A stretch of 63,304 nt of DNA, the filler included. It is 6 parts of 6 records of this genome, joined end to end, with 100 filler letters (N's around TTAATTAATTAA, not from the genome) between each part and the next. Parts side by side here need not be neighbours in the genome. Positions count along the whole stretch, not along the records: positions 21,903 to 31,023 come from SRR2962707_967; positions 31,124 to 49,696 come from SRR2962707_969; 4 more parts are not named here. One strand, given 5' to 3'. A program made the position numbers and the translations under genes. The notes under the pieces are model-generated. The model made no database searches. It was given only the letters and a program-made list of their open reading frames with translations, and was not told the DNA's origin. Of this stretch, positions 22,126-33,877 are shown one piece after another. Position 1 is the stretch's first letter. Every line of letters begins with the position of its first letter.

Positions 22126-25100
22126 ATGCCGATCTCTTCATTCATTGCTTCGAGGCCCAACCTCGTGTCGCCAGCACCACGGGTACCACCCCATGACAAC
22201 GCCAGCAACGAAGGCATGTTCATCACCGGCTACTCGCTCCGTGCTCCATCGAGCAACAATCCTCAGGAGTTCTTTGACAATCTGATCAGCAAGACTGACA
22301 TGGTAACTCCCACCCGCCGTTACCCAGGTTTGAACACGAAGTGTGGACCACGGCAGGGCGATACTTTGTGCAATGGTCTCGCATTAATTTTTGTTTGTGC
22401 GTTGCTGCGTGGTTTTTTTTATTGTGTGTAGAGGGGTACCACGGCCTTCCACCTCGTACAGGAACTCTCCCGGATATTTCATCCTTTGATCACGAATTTT
22501 TCAAGCTCAATCGCAAGCAGACGGACAAAATGGAACCACTTTTGCGCCTTCTACTGGAGACTACCCAGGAAGCCCTCATGGATGCGAAGCTACCAATTGC
22601 CGAGCTGCGTGGCTCCAACACCGGAGTGTGAGTAGAACATTGCATCTTTTGCCTGCAGCTTCACCTCTGCGCGCTTGTTGTTCAGGGTGTTCATTGTGAG
22701 TGTCGTGCCAAAATCTTTCGCCTTACAGGTACGTCGGCAACATGTACACAGACTTTTGTCGCAGGGCTGCACGAGACGAGTCGCTTTCCGGCTACGAAGC
22801 AGTGAATGGTGCTCAAAACATGCTCGCCAACCGGCTGTCTTTTCACTACGACTTTCAAGGTCCAAGCATGGTCATGGACACGGCCTGCTCGTCTTCATTT
22901 GTGGCTTTGCACCAAGCTCGACAAGACATTCTCGCTGGCATCGTGGACCGTGCCATCGTTGCCGGAACTTCCATTACGTCGGACCCCAATATCAACATGA
23001 CTCTCAAGGCGTACACAATGCTCTCTCCAACTGGGACGTGTCACTCTTTCGATGACAACGCAGACGGCTATTGTCGCTCCGAGGGTATTTTTGTGATCGT
23101 TCTCGAATCGCAACGGATTTGCCGCGCAGGCTACGCCACTGTGTTGGCGAGTAGCGTGAACTCCGATGGTTTTACCGAGAAGGGTATCACCTTTCCCTCA
23201 GGTGTAGCCCAAACACGCAATATGCGCAATGCCCTTCAAAGGGCGAACATTTCCCCAGACTCTATCAGCTATATTGAGGCCCATGGAACCGGCACCACCG
23301 CCGGCGACAACCAAGAATTGCAAGGCATGTCGGCACTCTTTTACGCGGATGGAGACGAGAACAAGTTCCGGAATATTCCCATCGGCTCTGTGAAATCTTG
23401 CATGGGGCATGCTGAGGGTGCTTCTGGAATGGCATCGCTTGTGAAGTGCCTGTTGATGATGGAACATCGCTGTTTCCTGCCCAACCAACACTTCGTCAGC
23501 ACAAGCCACAAAGCGCTGCTCGACGGTCGTTTTTCTGTGGTGACTGATGCGAAACCTTGGACCCCAGGCAACGTGTGCATCAGCAACTACGGGTTTGGCG
23601 GCACGAATGCTTTTGCAGTCCTCGGGCCAGGCAACGTGCGCTTTCAAACGCCTGAAAGTGAGGTCGAGGGCAAAGGTGACCAAGAGCAAGCAAACGACGG
23701 AGGTGGACTGCTATTTGGTAATGCCCCAGCCTCGACCTCGTCGGATGTGCCCTTGTCCAATACACCGACTGCTGAATGGCTTCACGAGCAAGTGATGCTG
23801 GGCAATGATGCGGCGTACCGCTACCGCAATGGCCGTCGCGTTACTTCGACCAGCAAAATTGCTTTCGTGTATGGTGGACAGGGTAGCCAGTGGATTGGCA
23901 TGGGAAAGCAGCTGTACGAAAGCTCGCGTGCATTTCGCAACACAATTGACCGTCTCGGCGGGTATCTGAAGGAAATGGACCCCACATTTGACCTTGGAGA
24001 TCTTTTCCAGCGCGGTTCCGAGTGGATGCGCAAGGAGCTTACCGTGATTGGAGTCACTGCGTACGTTTAGTACTCTCTTTGTCTGATGCTGATTCAATCT
24101 TGCACTTTTGCACTGCGTCTGATAATGGGAGCACTTGTTAGGTACCAAATTGCTTCCACCAACATCCTCCGACACGAGCTCGGTATTGTGCCAGACTTTG
24201 CCATTGGGCATTCGCTGGGCGAAACCGCCGCCGCATACGCTCATGGTATGCAAACAGAGCGTGAAACTATTTGCGTCGCGTGGGTGCGAGGCCGCCTCAG
24301 TGGCAAGCTGGCCAGCGGCGGTCGATTTCTACTGCGAACGACAGTTTCCCACAACGACCTGAAGCTCGTCGGAACGAGTGACGGGAACAATTATTACGAC
24401 CTGGGTGAGCGCAGTGAGGTCGAAGCATCGGAAATGTGTGACGATACTGCTGACGATCAAGTATTTGACCTTCATGGTTCCATGGCAGCGGTAGGACTCG
24501 AGGCAAGTGTGGTGCAAGAGGCCATTGATCGGCTTGGGCTGCGCCAAACTGTTATTGCGTGCTACAACAGCCCTAAGGGACAGACAGTATCAGGATCTGC
24601 CATTGAGGTTCGTGCCGTGCCTTTACGGTTATGTCTTAGCTTCGCTCACTCTAAACTGGCCATTGCACGGCTCTCACGCACATTTTTGATCTATTCGTGC
24701 ACGTAGGTGGCGCTGCTTAAAACTGATCTGATTGAAAATCACGCGGATCTATTCTGGCGAGATGTCAATACGGATGGTGTCGCATATCACGCACCTCACC
24801 TGCGAGCTCACTATGATTCTCTTGTGACGGAACTTGAGGGCATTTTGGGCAAAGAAGCTCGTCCATTCGATGCACGCCTCCTTTCAACGTCAATGCCAGA
24901 GACCGGGGCTAACGGGATTGGACTGTCAACCTGTATGGACGCAAGCTACCACGCACGCAACATCACTGGGCCAGTCCACTTTACTCGCGCTGTGGAAGCC
25001 TTGCCACCGCAAACGCTTGTCGTTGAAGTTGGGTCAAGCCAAAGTCTTTTGGGCCAAGTGAAGCGAACCCGCCGAGACGTTGGAATCTTGGGCCTGGTTA

Positions 25101-28100
25101 AGGTTCGCAGCCCCGAAACTGAAGCTTTCTACCTTGATCCCATGCAGACTCGACAGGCCCTCTGGGAAGCCGGATTTGTGAACGCGTTCCGCAACATTGC
25201 TGAGGAGCACGGTCGCGTCGAAAAGGGAACCAGGCTGTCACTGGCCCAACGCTACCCAAATCTGTGGAACCACTCGGTCCAGCACCGAATCTTTACGTGG
25301 AAGGACTTTGAAACGCCGGAGCGCAATGGATTGTCTGAGGGGTCTCTGGCAGCTGCAAGTTCAAGCAACGCTGAGTCCGCCATGTCAGTTTCTGGAGTGG
25401 GCTTGCTGGAACGTGGTGCCATTGTCAGCTACGACATTGCCGGCGACGATTCTTTCTTGTTGGATCACCAAATTAGTGGCCGCAAGCTGTTTCCTGCCAC
25501 GGGGCACGTTTGGACCATCTGGAAGGCGCTTGGTTTGAACAGCACGACATTCGCTGAGTCTGGACTGGAGCTTCGGGACTTTGAGATCCTGCAAGCTGTT
25601 GTACTCGATCCAATCGGATGTCCTATTCTGGAATTTCGTGTGCAAGTGTGCGAGAATGTGGCATCAGTCCACTTTGGTGGAATGACCGTTGCCCGAGCTT
25701 GTTTTGAAGTGCTTCCCGCAGCCACCAGTGCAAACGTGGTCGCAGAAGGCGATGCCTTGCCAAATGGACAGCCTGCTCTGGATGCTGCGGAAATGTACAA
25801 CCAGTTTCGGCGCTACGGCTATGAGTATGGATCAAACTTTCAGCTTATGCAGCGGCGAACTCTGACACACAACTCCGACAACGACAAAGCGCCAACAGCG
25901 GCGGCAGTTCTGAATCCAGCATGCCATCTGATCCCTTTCTTGGACAACCTGCTTCAGGTTTCGTTTATTGAAGATGTGAGTGCTTTGGTTTTGCCCACTC
26001 GCATTAAGCAACTGCGTCTATCTGCGCTGGCCGCAACGGAGTGGGAAAACCCCGTCCAGCTTTGTATCGAGCGTGACACACGAACAGTTACGACCGCTGG
26101 TTGTATCCTGCGTGGTCTGGAGCTGAGCATTGCCGCCCCGCGCCCTCGACATGATCTAATTCATGAGGCTGCGACCTTTTTCGAGCTTGGCTGGGGTCCA
26201 CACAATGTCCTGCAGGACAAACATCATTCGGAGGTTCTCGCCGCGGCAGGAAACTTGGTTGCAACGCGAGTCCTTGCTCATTTGGAAGGTAGCCCTCACC
26301 TCATGGATGAGCGACCATGGCTCGCAAAGCTTGCAGCAAAAGCCCACAGTCACTTGCGCGCTGCAGAGACCACTGACACTCCTGCGTTTCCCATGACTGA
26401 AGTGCAGCTGCGAACGTGGATCACATACCGCTTGGTGGACGATGTCACGCAGCCAGGATCAACGCTTGAGGCCTTCCTGGCGAATCCACTCTTTGCGCTA
26501 TCAACACACCCGGAGCACGAAGAATTTTACACGAGCAACCCTCTCGCATGCTGCAATCGCAGCACGCTGGCAAAGATAAGTGGCCTGGTGCGGAACGAGG
26601 TCGGAGGCCACGGCCACGTCCGCATTCTAGAAGTAGGAGCTGGAGCTTGTGGATTTGCGTCGCGAATCAAGCCGCTGCTGCGAGAGGCAATTGGAACCTA
26701 CATCTGCAGCGATTCGCGTGGTGTGCACATGCCGCAAGATCTTGTCGCTGACTCGCGCTTTTCTACCATGCACCATGACCTGGACTGCCCACTGCCAGAC
26801 TTTGTCAAGCCGCTGCCAACAAAGTCATCGGTTTCAACCGGCAACCAGCAGGAAAAGTTGCGCACGCAAGATGTGATTGTGGCGTCACACGCCCTGTTCC
26901 TTGCCCGCGATGTGCGCGCATCATTGCGCCATCTTGCTCGTAAGCTACGTGTCGGAGGATTGATGATCATCGAGGAGTTCACTGGAGACCACGGTGTCTT
27001 GATGTGGGGTGCCGACAAAACGTTTGTCTGGGACCGTGCAGTCGATGGACCTGGAAAGTCTCGCCGTGACGTGCTGTGGATGAGTCCAGAGGAATGGCGT
27101 CAAGCTGTACTGGACGTGACGGAACTGGATCTTATTTTTGCCCAAGAGCGCCCTGGCAATCTCACGATGGTTCTGCGTCGCGCAAGCAGCTCATTTGTCA
27201 AGCTCGGTATGCAGCAACACGTAAAAGTTGGCCCAAAATTTGAAGCCAAGTCGAACCTCCATGGTGCAGGCACTGCAATTGGTGACGCTTCGAGTCCAAT
27301 TCGCACCCCTGTGCGACGGTCGTCTCCGGAAAAAGGCAACAACCAAGTCAGCACGTCAGCCGACATTAGCGCATCAGGCGATGGGATGTTTGCAGCTGAT
27401 ATCATTGATGCGTGGGACCAAGTTGATTTGTCCAAGCCGCAAGTGCTGGTTGGTGATGGCTCGCACGCCTTCCGCCGCTGCCTCGAGCAGGAGGACGATG
27501 TTACCAACCTGCAGACCCTCTGTTACTCGGACAGCAAAACTGGTTCAGTTCACGACACAGTGTTTGCTCAGTGCGAAATCGCGGAACTGTTGACGTCGGA
27601 GGTGGGACAACTCCGCTATCTGACACTGCTCGATGGTCGTGTTGGCACGACAGTGTCTGTGCCCCTCGATTGCACGCTTCCACTGTCTGAGAGCAGCTTG
27701 AGTGACGATGCAACCCACCGCATGCCGAAAAACTTTTCGTTGGCGATTGCTAAAGCTGGCGATCTTAACTCCGTTCACTGGAGCGTCAAGACTGCCAATG
27801 AAAGCGACGCTCACAACGGCAGCCAAGTGAAGGTCGAGTTTGCGGCTTTAAACGCCTTAGATGTGGACGTGGTCTTTGGGCGACGCCGCGTGGCCGAGTA
27901 TGAACTTGGAGTGGAATTTTCTGGCACCACAGCCCCAGGCACAGCACAGTCCAACTCTGTGTTTGGCATCAGTCGTGGCTGCATTTCGGGGGTGCTGGCA
28001 AAGCCACCGTTGTTGCAGTGGGCTGTCCCAACTGGAATGGGAGTAGCCAAAGCAGCAACACTTCCGGTCGCCTATCTGACCGCAGCTTACAGTCTGTTGG

Positions 28101-29839
28101 TGCAGAGCGACTTGAAGGCTGGTGATTCGATTTTGATTCACGATGCTGTGCGAACGAGCGTTGGACGCGCGGCTCTTCACTTGGCTAAACAGCGTGGCTT
28201 GAACATTTTGGCAACGTTTTCCAGCCAGTGGGAACACCAAGACCTCCTCCAACAGTATCGCATGGACGCTACTGCCGTCTTCGATGTTGCGACTGGGGAG
28301 GCCTTTCTAGCGTCTGTGATGCAGAAGACCAGCGGACGCGGTGTTGACTGCGTGTTGTGGGGATGTGACAACCACAGCACTGCAAGCCTTCAAGCTTCGC
28401 TGGAGTGTGTCGCGAATTTTGGTCATTTCTGTGACTTGAATTCCTCGGCGAGCTCTGCGAGTAGCGCCAACACCTCAACAATCACCAAGCACTGGGCCCG
28501 CGGGGTGTCGTACCATACTTTTGACCTTTATCAAGCTGCCACGCACAGTTCGAAGATTCGCTCTGAACTGCAGCAACTGATGCAGACGTTGCTTGACAAT
28601 GGAGAGGTTGCTCCGTTGCCACTGGCGATCAATGCTCCTGAGGACGTTGCAGAGGTGATCAAACGTTTGAATACGAAGGAGCCGGAGACTGTATCGCGAA
28701 AACAACTTTTGTTTATGAAGGAATTTCTTCCCCCTCAGAAAGCCCCTGTTCCTCCGTCTGACGAAAAAGATTCTCTTCAACGTCCTGAGGCAAAAATTGC
28801 TGCCGTTCCTCGATACGTCGCACGTGGTGTTCACATCGTGACTGGTGGGCTTGGAGGATTTGGTCTCGAACTTGTCCATTGGCTTTTGTCATGTGGTGCC
28901 TCGCAAGTGATTATTACCTCACGGTCCGGTATTCGGACAGGCTGGCAGAAGTTTCGGTTCGAGGCGCTTTTGTCTAAGTACGGACCCGACGCAGCAGTGA
29001 TTTCGAACCTGGACGTGACAAACGCGGACCAAGCACAGAAGCTTGTGTGCGGCACATCCAGCAATGCCGGTCGCGTGCGTGGGCTCTGGCATTCTGCTGT
29101 GGTTCTTCGCGACGGTTTATTCCAGAAAGCAAATTCCAGCGACTGGGACATCAGCACCAACTCCAAGATTGGGGCTTTGCGTAATCTTCACTCAGCCGCG
29201 GAGTTGCTGCGCTCCAGTTCGGCTGAGCAATTGGACGATTTTGTCGTGTTTTCCTCTGTCACGTCCATGGGTGGCAACTGTGGACAAACAGTTTACGGTT
29301 GGGGAAACAACGCGTGCGAACGTCTGATGGAGCACCGCCGCAGGTTGGGTCTTCCTGGCGTGGCAATTCAATGGGGCGCCATTGAAAGTGCTGGGCTGGC
29401 GACCAATCTTGATGGCGAGGTCATCCACATGGGACGTGGAGTGGAGGTGGCCAAACAAAACATCGACGATAGCCTCGAGAGCCTGCACAAAATTCTCACG
29501 TCGGCTTCAACCAGCAGCACTGTTTCCAGCTATCGCCTTCGCGTTGAGAAGCCGACACGTGAGCTCTCCACTCCTGATGGCGACAGCGGCAACCCAAGCG
29601 ACGCGGTTGACTCCGTCCAAAAGGTGCTCGAGAAGCTGGCAGATATCCTAGGCGGCTCTGCAACGGACTACGATCCATCATTCCCGCTCCAGGAGTACGG
29701 GCTCGATAGCCTAAGCGTTGTGGAGGTCATGAATTGGATCAACCGTCTTGTATCTGTCAAGGTCACCCCGAGCTTTGTCTCGAGGGACACTACCTGCAAC
29801 TCAATCTTCAAGTACATTGACGACAATCGCCTCTCGTGA
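22126..29839 (+). CDS. Type I iterative fatty-acid/polyketide synthase, animal-FASN-like (KS-AT-DH-MT-ER-KR-ACP, no TE); five exons, about 2442 aa
   Basis: Exons 22126-22327, 22432-22627, 22729-24060, 24142-24607 and 24707-29839 join in frame via GT-AG introns. KS DTACSSS/HGTGT/KSCMGH; AT GQGSQW/GHSLG; DH LLDHQISGRKLFPATG; MT ILEVGAG; ER LPVAYLTAAYSL; KR TGGLGGFG...GQTVYGWGN; ACP GLDSL. Confidence 0.9.
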
Positions 29840-30414
29840 TTTTCAGTGGGCAATGGCCTGGGAAGTGCTGACGGACGATCAGACAGGGGGACGACTGGAT
29901 TGTTGGGCGGTGCAAACTGTGGGAGAAGGGTGAGGGAATTCAACGCACCGTACTACGTCACATTACATAACTTTTAACAAACAATAACCTGAAACGATGA
30001 TGCTCAAAATAAATCACACACCAACTGCAAAAGTAAACCCCAGCGGCACGGCACACATATTGTCATCCCACGTGGTTTGCTCACAAGATTTACGAGTATT
30101 ATCTTCGCAGACTAAAAAGCAGCGCAGCTCCAGCTACCAGCATAGTCACTAGCGGTGTCTCCATCATCTTGCACATATGGCACAGCGAAGACATACAGCG
30201 GAATTCTTAGCGAAACAAGCGCGATGGAAAAACTGCTTGCACACGTGCATGCAGAGAGTTTCTGGCATCGTTAGACAAACCGAATCTCCATTCGATAATG
30301 GGTTGATGCATGAAAACCGATTCGAATTGCTGTTGATCGAGACGTTGGATCCTGTGCACAGCGGGCGAACAAATGGTGAGGAGGGCTTCACAAAAGAATA
30401 GCCGTTGGTGGAAA

Positions 30415-30900
30415 CTATGCAAGGCAGACTTGGTAGACTTCATTGTTGTTGTACAAAGTAGTGGGAAAGAAGGCACAGTGCATGCGGCAGTCCCCTGGGT
30501 GTGGACATGAATTTAAGGCGGAAGGTGTCGAAGCGGAACTTACCATGGATCCAGTTCCATGTCTTGGTGTCGAGACGATATTCCCATGTATCATCCAATG
30601 CGCACATTTGGAAGTAGCCTCCCCCTTTGGCTGCGAAACGTCAATGCAAAGCATATGAATATCGCAGTGGGACTTTTGATAAGAAATCAATCAAACTTAT
30701 TTCGAAAGCAGCAGCACTTGCAGCGACACAGCCGGAAACTGAGCTCAAACCCAGCGGCTGGACAGATTGAAACACAACACGAACAAGCGTAGGCCTTTAG
30801 CAGGGACGCTCCGCCACTTATAATGAGGCTGTTTCGCACAGGATCAAACGACGCTGCGTGTTGCGTCTGTCGCAGTCGACAGCAGCAGAGCACGCGTCGA
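30415..30900 (-). CDS. 3' exons of a probable Kelch-repeat protein (5' part beyond contig end; boundaries approximate)
   Basis: Minus-strand segments read QHAASFDPVRNSLIISGG and ALDDTWEYRLDTKTWNWIH (Kelch-like), separated by GT-AG-bounded stretches; putative stop at 30415-30417. Confidence 0.4.
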
Positions 30901-31023
30901 GGCATCGCGGCACAGGCAAAAATACGCACAAAGCAGCAAGTACGTCAGTCAGGTCAATGGGCAACAGCGGGCGAGATAATCGTGTGGCAAGCATCCGCAA
31001 AAAAAAAAAAAAAAAAAAAAAAA

Positions 31024-31123
31024 NNNNNNNNNNNNNNNNNNNNNNNNNNNNNNNNNNNNNNNNNNNNTTAATTAATTAANNNNNNNNNNNNNNNNNNNNN
31101 NNNNNNNNNNNNNNNNNNNNNNN
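31024..31123. other. Artificial contig spacer
   Basis: N-run + TTAATTAATTAA + N-run. Confidence 0.99.
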
Positions 31124-31127
31124 GTAA

Positions 31128-31153
31128 AGATTTCTCACTTCGTTCGAAATGAC
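31128..31153. repeat. Half of a REP-like intergenic palindromic element at the contig end
   Basis: AGATTTCTCACTTCGTTCGAAATGAC resembles the right arm of the element at 46507-46587 (AGATAGCCGCACTTCGTTCGCTATGAC). Confidence 0.55.
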
Positions 31154-31936
31154 TTAGAAGTCCTTTCTGAGGGACTTCCTTAGCATGATATAGACAGGGA
31201 TAAACACCCAGAGTAAGAGCACCCCGATTGAGATAAACAAACCGGTGTTGGTGCCAAAAAACTTCTGAAAAAGGGCCCCTGTATATCCAAGAAGTGCGGA
31301 GATCTCCAGCTTGAGTAAAATCATAATGCGACTCAAATCAATCGGATTGAAAAGCGATGCTCCAAGGGCAAACTTGTCCAGTGGATAGTCTCCAAATACA
31401 ATCAATGAGATCATGAAAAGTCCATCATAGATCACCGCAAAAAACAGCCACATCAAAATGGCATAGCCGAACCCTTTGATCTTGTTGGAGTTACCCAGAC
31501 CTATATTCAGCGATAGAGCCACGAAGATGAACGTAAGAAAGGTACCGGAAGCCAGCAGCGTGAGAAAATTGCCTACTGCATCTGACTGGGTGATTCCATA
31601 TAGCAGAAACGGAATACCTAATCCAATGATCAAACTCATGGAAAGTGATAGAGACAACCCCAGGTACTGTCCAAGAAAAATAGTAGATCGCTTCACCGGT
31701 TGTGAGAGTAGCAATTCTGTAAACTCTCGTGAGTTGTAGAAGTACATAATACCGAAAATGGTCCCGATCATGGGTGTGAGTACCACGATGATGTTCATCA
31801 AGGTAATGGTCGCTTTGGAAAGGTCTGAATTAAGGAATAGCAATACAAATCCTAATAGCATGTAAAAAGCCAGGTACACGTAGCTCCATCTGCTACGCAT
31901 CAAGTCATAAAAACTGTATTTTAATATTTTTATCAT
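31154..31936 (-). CDS. nosY: NosY, ABC transporter permease for NosZ maturation
   Basis: Multi-TM protein (FTELLLSQPVKR, NPIDLSR) directly after nosD-nosF. Confidence 0.88.
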   Translation of the reverse strand: MIKILKYSFYDLMRSRWSYVYLAFYMLLGFVLLFLNSDLSKATITLMNIIVVLTPMIGTIFGIMYFYNSREFTELLLSQPVKRSTIFLGQYLGLSLSLSMSLIIGLGIPFLLYGITQSDAVGNFLTLLASGTFLTFIFVALSLNIGLGNSNKIKGFGYAILMWLFFAVIYDGLFMISLIVFGDYPLDKFALGASLFNPIDLSRIMILLKLEISALLGYTGALFQKFFGTNTGLFISIGVLLLWVFIPVYIMLRKSLRKDF

Positions 31937-31945
31937 CGTATCGTA

Positions 31946-32653
31946 TTAAGCTTGATTAGGCTCAAGCATTGCTGCTATTGCGTGTTCCAAATCCTTTTCA
32001 TTCGTTTGCCTCTGCATCTCTTCCATGGTCCCCTGGAAATGGATCTTTCCATCCAACAGGAAGATGATCTCTTCGGCCACCTCTTCCACCAGGCTCATGA
32101 TGTGAGTAGTTATGAGTATGGTTTTTCCTTTTTCTCGTTCCTCATCGATCAGTTTCTTTAACTCAATCAGCGCCACCGGATCCAGTCCGGCCGTGGGTTC
32201 ATCCATGATGCAGATGTTGGCATCAAACATGAAAGCCAGAACAATATTTACCTTCTGCCTCGTGCCTCCGGAAAGATCCGAAAGCTTTTTATCCAGAAAT
32301 TTTTCCAGTCCAAAACGTTGAATCAGGTCTCTTTCTCTACCCTTCTGGTTTCGAATATCCAGGATCATTTTAATGAGCTCATTAACCGTCAAATTCTCCG
32401 GAAAACGAGCAATTTGAGGTAGGTAAGCAATGTCTTTTCGATATTCCCAGCTTCGACGGATAACATCTCCATTTACTTGAATCTCCCCACGGTTGGGAAT
32501 GACCATACCTAAAATGGTTTTTAATAGCGTCGTTTTGCCGGATCCATTGTGCCCAAGGACCGCAAAAACACCGGGGCGATCAATTGAAAAGCTCACACCT
32601 TTCAATACCTCCAGTTTACCAAAGCTTTTGTTTAAATCTGTAACTTGAATCAT
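31946..32653 (-). CDS. nosF: NosF, ABC transporter ATPase
   Basis: GHNGSGKT, LSGGTRQK, MDEPTAGLD; ATGA overlap with nosD. Confidence 0.9.
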   Translation of the reverse strand: MIQVTDLNKSFGKLEVLKGVSFSIDRPGVFAVLGHNGSGKTTLLKTILGMVIPNRGEIQVNGDVIRRSWEYRKDIAYLPQIARFPENLTVNELIKMILDIRNQKGRERDLIQRFGLEKFLDKKLSDLSGGTRQKVNIVLAFMFDANICIMDEPTAGLDPVALIELKKLIDEEREKGKTILITTHIMSLVEEVAEEIIFLLDGKIHFQGTMEEMQRQTNEKDLEHAIAAMLEPNQA

Positions 32654-33876
32654 TTGAATGCTTTCATTGCCGGTGTTTGATCCACCAGATTGTCAGGAGT
32701 AAAAACGGGGGAAACCTTTTCGGAAAAGTTCATAATGTCCACAAAAAGGCTTCTGAGTAAGATGATGGTTTCAGGGGTATTGTTCACAATGTATGAAAAC
32801 AACTTCACCGGACGGTACGGGACATCCCCCACTCCATCTCTGTCCAGATCGTATCCGGTATAATCTCCCCAGTAATTTCCATCAAAGGTGTTGTCATTCA
32901 TTTTTGAATTGTAGGACACATCGAAGGAATTACCAGTGAAGTTATTACCAGTGATCCGATTGGCATAGCAACCACCAGACACCTTGATCGCCCACCCATT
33001 TCTATTAAATACATTACCCGTGTAGTTAATGCGACTGGTACCATCTATAAAAACAGCCGTGGTGTTTTCAGTGAATTCATTATCGAGCACTTCAGCATCG
33101 TAAATTTCTTTTAGTAGAAGTCCATAACTTGCTGGTCCCCAGTTGTTAATAAAGACATTGTTCTTCATTATGATAAACTTGGAAAACATAACTGCAACTC
33201 CTGCTCCATTGCGTTCAAATCGATTTCTGATATAGTCATCATTATTGGAAAACATGAAATGTAAGCCATATCGAACATTGTCATGTGCATAGTTTTTCTC
33301 AATAATGCTTTCGTCCACAAACTCCAGGTATATACCATCCCTCATTCTGAATACTTCATTATCATGGATCTGAAGATTAGAGCTATGCCAGGCGTGAATG
33401 CCATTCCCTGCTTCGTCCTCTTTTACATTCTCTCCATATACCAGGTTATTTCTGATGATGCCCTGACTCGATTTCTCAATAAGCAATCCAAAAAAGGGAT
33501 CGATCACTGTGTTATTTTCAATAAGAAAGTAGTTGGCTCGAAAAGTATAGATCGCCGCATAGTCCTTTGTGTAGCTTTTACCGGCATTGATGATTTTCAG
33601 CCCGGAAATGGTGATGCTGTCAGCGAGCAACTTTAACACATAGCTTTGATTCAGACCATCCAAAATGGCACCCTTTTCACCAATCAATGTAATGGGTTTG
33701 GTTATTTCAAGATCAACTACCGGATAAACACCGCTTTTTATGATGAGGGTATCATGTGGTTGAGCCAGATTGACTGCTTGCTGCAAATCCTTGATATCAC
33801 ACCTTGAACAAATAAAGGTTTGTCCAATGGTCTGCAAAAAAATCAACGTAAATAATGAAGCAAGCAGTAATCTCAT
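32650..33876 (-). CDS. nosD: NosD, periplasmic copper-enzyme maturation protein (beta-helix)
   Basis: GNGIHAW, RDGIYLEF, RYGLHFMFS, GNYWGDYTGYDLDRDGVGDVPY; likely start MRLLL at 33876. Confidence 0.93.
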   Translation of the reverse strand: MRLLLASLFTLIFLQTIGQTFICSRCDIKDLQQAVNLAQPHDTLIIKSGVYPVVDLEITKPITLIGEKGAILDGLNQSYVLKLLADSITISGLKIINAGKSYTKDYAAIYTFRANYFLIENNTVIDPFFGLLIEKSSQGIIRNNLVYGENVKEDEAGNGIHAWHSSNLQIHDNEVFRMRDGIYLEFVDESIIEKNYAHDNVRYGLHFMFSNNDDYIRNRFERNGAGVAVMFSKFIIMKNNVFINNWGPASYGLLLKEIYDAEVLDNEFTENTTAVFIDGTSRINYTGNVFNRNGWAIKVSGGCYANRITGNNFTGNSFDVSYNSKMNDNTFDGNYWGDYTGYDLDRDGVGDVPYRPVKLFSYIVNNTPETIILLRSLFVDIMNFSEKVSPVFTPDNLVDQTPAMKAFK

Positions 33877-33877
33877 G

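Noticed and set aside
30164-30391. Cys/His pattern CKQFFHRAC...CLRC suggesting a RING or zinc finger
   Set aside because: Short, incomplete ligand set, and no convincing splice link to the upstream Kelch-like exons.
30999-31023. Poly(A) runs at contig ends (also 63280-63304) as mRNA tails or retro-insertions
   Set aside because: The contigs contain introns and the adjacent genes are on the minus strand; these are genomic homopolymers where assembly stopped.
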